A stretch of DNA of 63,155 nt, filler included, from Vannella sp. (taxonomy: Eukaryota): assembly GCA_023345925.1 (NCBI GenBank). It is 8 parts of 8 records of this genome, joined end to end, with 100 filler letters (N's around TTAATTAATTAA, not from the genome) between each part and the next. Parts side by side here need not be neighbours in the genome. Positions count along the whole stretch, not along the records: positions 58,506 to 63,155 come from JAJQQN010000347.1; 7 more parts are not named here. One strand, given 5' to 3'. Position numbers and translations under genes: made by a program. Position 1 is the first letter of the stretch. Each line of letters begins with the position of its first letter. Shown one piece after another: positions 60,143 to 63,155 of this stretch. Under the pieces are notes generated by a model that saw only the letters and a list, made by a program, of their open reading frames with translations, did not search any database and had not been told where the DNA came from.

Positions 60143-62820
60143 ATGAATAAACAACGAATCGAAGCTCTCGACTCAGTCTTACACAACCTGGAGCCGCTTA
60201 CCGTTCGCTGTCTTCCCCTCACAGCCCTAGGTGGCCTGGGAGCACCTCTGGAGCAACGCTGTACGAGACAGAGAGCCATTTGGATACCTTCAGCCTGCGA
60301 AAGAACGTTCCTGTTCCCTCCTGTTGGTGGGTGGATGTGGGTTGGCACTCCAGCTAACGATACACTGCCCTCCTCCCCTCTGTTCATCGTACCAGCACAG
60401 CTGGCATGCTCCTCTTGCCTCCAGACGAAGGAGATCGCTTCGTTCTCCTCCCCTCTTCTCTGGCGCAACCTGTTTGGTGTTCAAGGGGACTCACCGAGAG
60501 AGTTCTACCTCTTGCCTGGTATCAAGGTATGCAAAAGGCTCCTGTGTACTCGTTGGTCACCTTCAAGCTGACGAAGGACGCACAGGACGAGCAGATCGAG
60601 GAGGCGACCGAGGTGGAGTTGTCTTTCTTCCCATCAGGCGCCTTCAGCAAAGAGAAAGGACGCTTTCGTACACTCGAAAACCCGTGCGAAGGGCTTCCAC
60701 CTGCCTTGAACACTCTTCCTCTCCTCTCCTCTCTTCTAACAAGCTTCCTTTGGGGCGAAGTGATCAGCGTGGGCTGCTTAGTCCCTGCAGACTGGCTTTC
60801 ACCTCCTTCTTATGGCATAGACCAATCAAGATCCCTTTCAATGGTCGTGTTGAGCGTTAATGGGAGCTCTAGGGCCGCATTCAGCGATCATTCAGACCTT
60901 CGGGCCTTCCGCATCCACTCAGGGACGCGGATCAAGCTCGGGGAGACTTCCTGGACTGACTCTTATCACATCCTCTCAAGTAGTAACCCAGAGGGCCTCC
61001 CTGTCATCCCCAAGGGAGCCACATTGCCGAGTTTAAGTGACTGGCGAGGATCCATCAAACAGAGATTCGGGGGATATGACGCCACCATTGACTCCATTAC
61101 CCAGACGATACATGCCTCTCTGATGAGCCCTTCAGGGAGGCGAGCTCTCCCTCAACGCTGCTTCCTTCTGGACGGAATTCACGGATCTGGGAAGACTCGA
61201 TTGGCTCATCTAATCGCTGAGCATTCTGGACTTCCTGTGTGGACGATAGATGGTTCTCAGTGTATGAATCGCTCTGGTATAGAAGAGCAGACGACAGCTG
61301 CCTTCCGAGAGTTGTTGGGTGCGGCTGTTCGCAACGCACCGTCCATTCTGGTTATTGACCAATTGGATAGTCTCTGCCCTCCTCTTGCTAGCGTGGAGTC
61401 TCAGTCATCCATAGGGTCCATAGAGGCACATCTAAGCTGCCTTTTAAAGTCATTCATTGACTATATTCACTTCCAATCCCTCGCAAAGGATTCTCAATCC
61501 CTTCCGCCAAAGATATTTGTTATTGCAACGTGTACTACTTCAACAGAAGGTGTATTGGACGATTCCATGCTTCGTTCTGGGCGATTTGATCGCGTTTTTA
61601 CGTTGAATGTCCCTTCTCCGAAGCAAAGGAACGAAATTCTGGATGTTCTCCTTCATAGGATCCCACTGGATGCGGCCAGTAGCCGAAAAGATGTTTGCTT
61701 GCATCTGTCTCGACTGACACATGGATTTGTGGCAGCAGATTTAGAGTCACTATGCCACACTGCCGTGTTGTCTATGGTGGAAGGTAACGGGGACTCTTTA
61801 CCGGCGTGTAGGATGAGCGATTTTGAATTAGCTCTAAAGCACATTCGACCAGCTAACTTGGCTGAGCATATGAAGCGAAGTACACTCTCCCAAACGGTGT
61901 CTTTTGATGACTTTGGAGGTGTTCAAGACATAGTCCAGCAACTGAAGGTCTCAGTTGTGGGTGGAGTGAACCATTTGGAATCATACAGGAGACTTGGAGT
62001 GACTCCACCTTCCGGAATTTTATTTTTTGGACCAAGTGGCACAGGAAAGACGCAGATGGCTCAGGCATTGGCCAATGAAGCCGGTCTCAATCTGATTAGT
62101 GTCCAAGGACCTGAGTTAGTATCGCCCATCGTAGGACAGTCAGAGAAGAACATTGCAGAGATCTTCACTCGCGCCAGAGCCTCAGCACCTTGCATTCTCT
62201 TTTTGGACCAAATCGACGCCATTGCTGGCACTCGAAGTGATAGCGGATCATCAAGTCGTGTACAAGAACGCACTTTAAGTTGCCTCCTGACAGAGATGGA
62301 TGGCGTCACTGAGCATCGGTCAATTGACTCGTTCAGGAAGAGTATTATTTTCCTTGGTGTCACAGAACGCCGGGAAAGCTTGGATCCTGCCATCTTAAGA
62401 CCTGGTCGTTTGGATCTCCATGTCTTGTTCAACCTCCCCGACTTTGTAGGAAGAGCTGAGATCCTTCGCAAATGCCTCCAATCGACACCCCTTGACCGAG
62501 AAGTCTCCCTCGAGTTACTGGCAGAGGAGACAGACGGCTTCTCTGGAGCTGAACTGAAGAATATATGTCAAGAAGCTGTGATGATTTGCCTACGAGAGGA
62601 CCTTAATCATGCGACTGTGAGTGCTGTGCACTTTGAAAAAGCTCTTGAACTATGCAAAAGCAGACCCAAAACCGTTCAAGACCATCCCACAGAACATTTT
62701 GTTCCAAAGAGAGCTCCAATTTCATTTTCTTTTGATACGAATACCCTTCATGTCGACAATAGGAGTACAGCAAAGGCACCTGTGGACTCCAGAAAGCTTA
62801 CATTCGACTTTAAATGGTGA
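60143..62820 (+). CDS. Double-ring AAA+ ATPase of the CDC48/AFG2 (SPATA5-like) clade
   Basis: Walker A GIHGSGKT and GPSGTGKT; Walker B VIDQLD and FLDQID; SRH LRSGRFD and LRPGRLD; HGFVAADL and GFSGAEL. Confidence 0.85.
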
Positions 62821-62862
62821 TTAGATAACTAAACACGAGAATTATGAACGAATGGATCGTTT

Positions 62863-63155
62863 CTAGTTCCCTCCGCGATGGGGACTTCGCGAAATCATCA
62901 TTTTCCGTTTGTGGAGAAGGCTGAGTAGATATCCATCTGTTCCTAATGGGCCAATAGTTTGCTGGTGGAGTGCTGCAATGCGGTCAAACACTTCCCATTT
63001 CCGGTGGGAGAAGGCCAAGTCCAGAAACTGGGCAAAAGTAGTCAAGTCTGGTTTGCTAATTCCCATTGCGAAAGCCTCAAGCTCCATCTCCGCTTCATTC
63101 CAAGCGCCTGTTCTTGCAAGAGCAATAACATAAGATGTCATAACCTTCTTCGTGA
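62863..63155 (-). CDS. C-terminal fragment of a PPR-like helical repeat protein
   Basis: YVIALARTGAWNEA..E....GISKPDLTTF resembles a PPR motif; the frame is open to the window edge. Confidence 0.45.
   Translation of the reverse strand, partial: TKKVMTSYVIALARTGAWNEAEMELEAFAMGISKPDLTTFAQFLDLAFSHRKWEVFDRIAALHQQTIGPLGTDGYLLSLLHKRKMMISRSPHRGGN

Noticed and set aside
1..63155. tRNA, rRNA, transposase or reverse transcriptase genes
   Set aside because: None recognised by eye; a covariance-model or HMM scan would be needed to exclude them

Overview
This window is eukaryotic, not prokaryotic. It holds 8 separate contigs joined by seven 100-bp artificial linkers (N44-TTAATTAATTAA-N44), so gene order across linkers means nothing. 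The genome is very gene-dense, uses the standard genetic code and has short GT-AG introns (about 40-75 nt). A Pats1-type myotubularin-LRR-ROC-COR-kinase-WD40 protein points to an amoebozoan-like protist (inference). Recognisable housekeeping genes: Pol lambda, NFX1, PP2C, PIN4, RGP1, GT17, DUF2009, PLD, VASt, COG4, RPL36, ECD, RhoGEF, Pol epsilon, TLDc, RRP4, IBTK-like, ARPC5 and a CDC48/AFG2-like AAA ATPase. The strongest candidate for an undescribed system is a multi-copy surface receptor family. It has a signal peptide and plant-type LRR cap, an array of 23-aa LRRs mostly encoded one per 69-nt phase-2/phase-2 exon, a Ser/Thr stalk, a GAIN/GPS autoproteolysis module and a single TM helix. 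This full architecture is pieced together from three partial copies on different contigs, and all three contigs break inside the LRR array. Other oddities: an AAA ATPase with natural E-to-Q substitutions in both Walker B motifs, a Regnase/N4BP1-type RNase fused to a duplicated unknown barrel domain, and a degenerate nucleotidyltransferase-fold ORF missing from the ORF track. All calls come from reading motifs by eye; no database searches were run.
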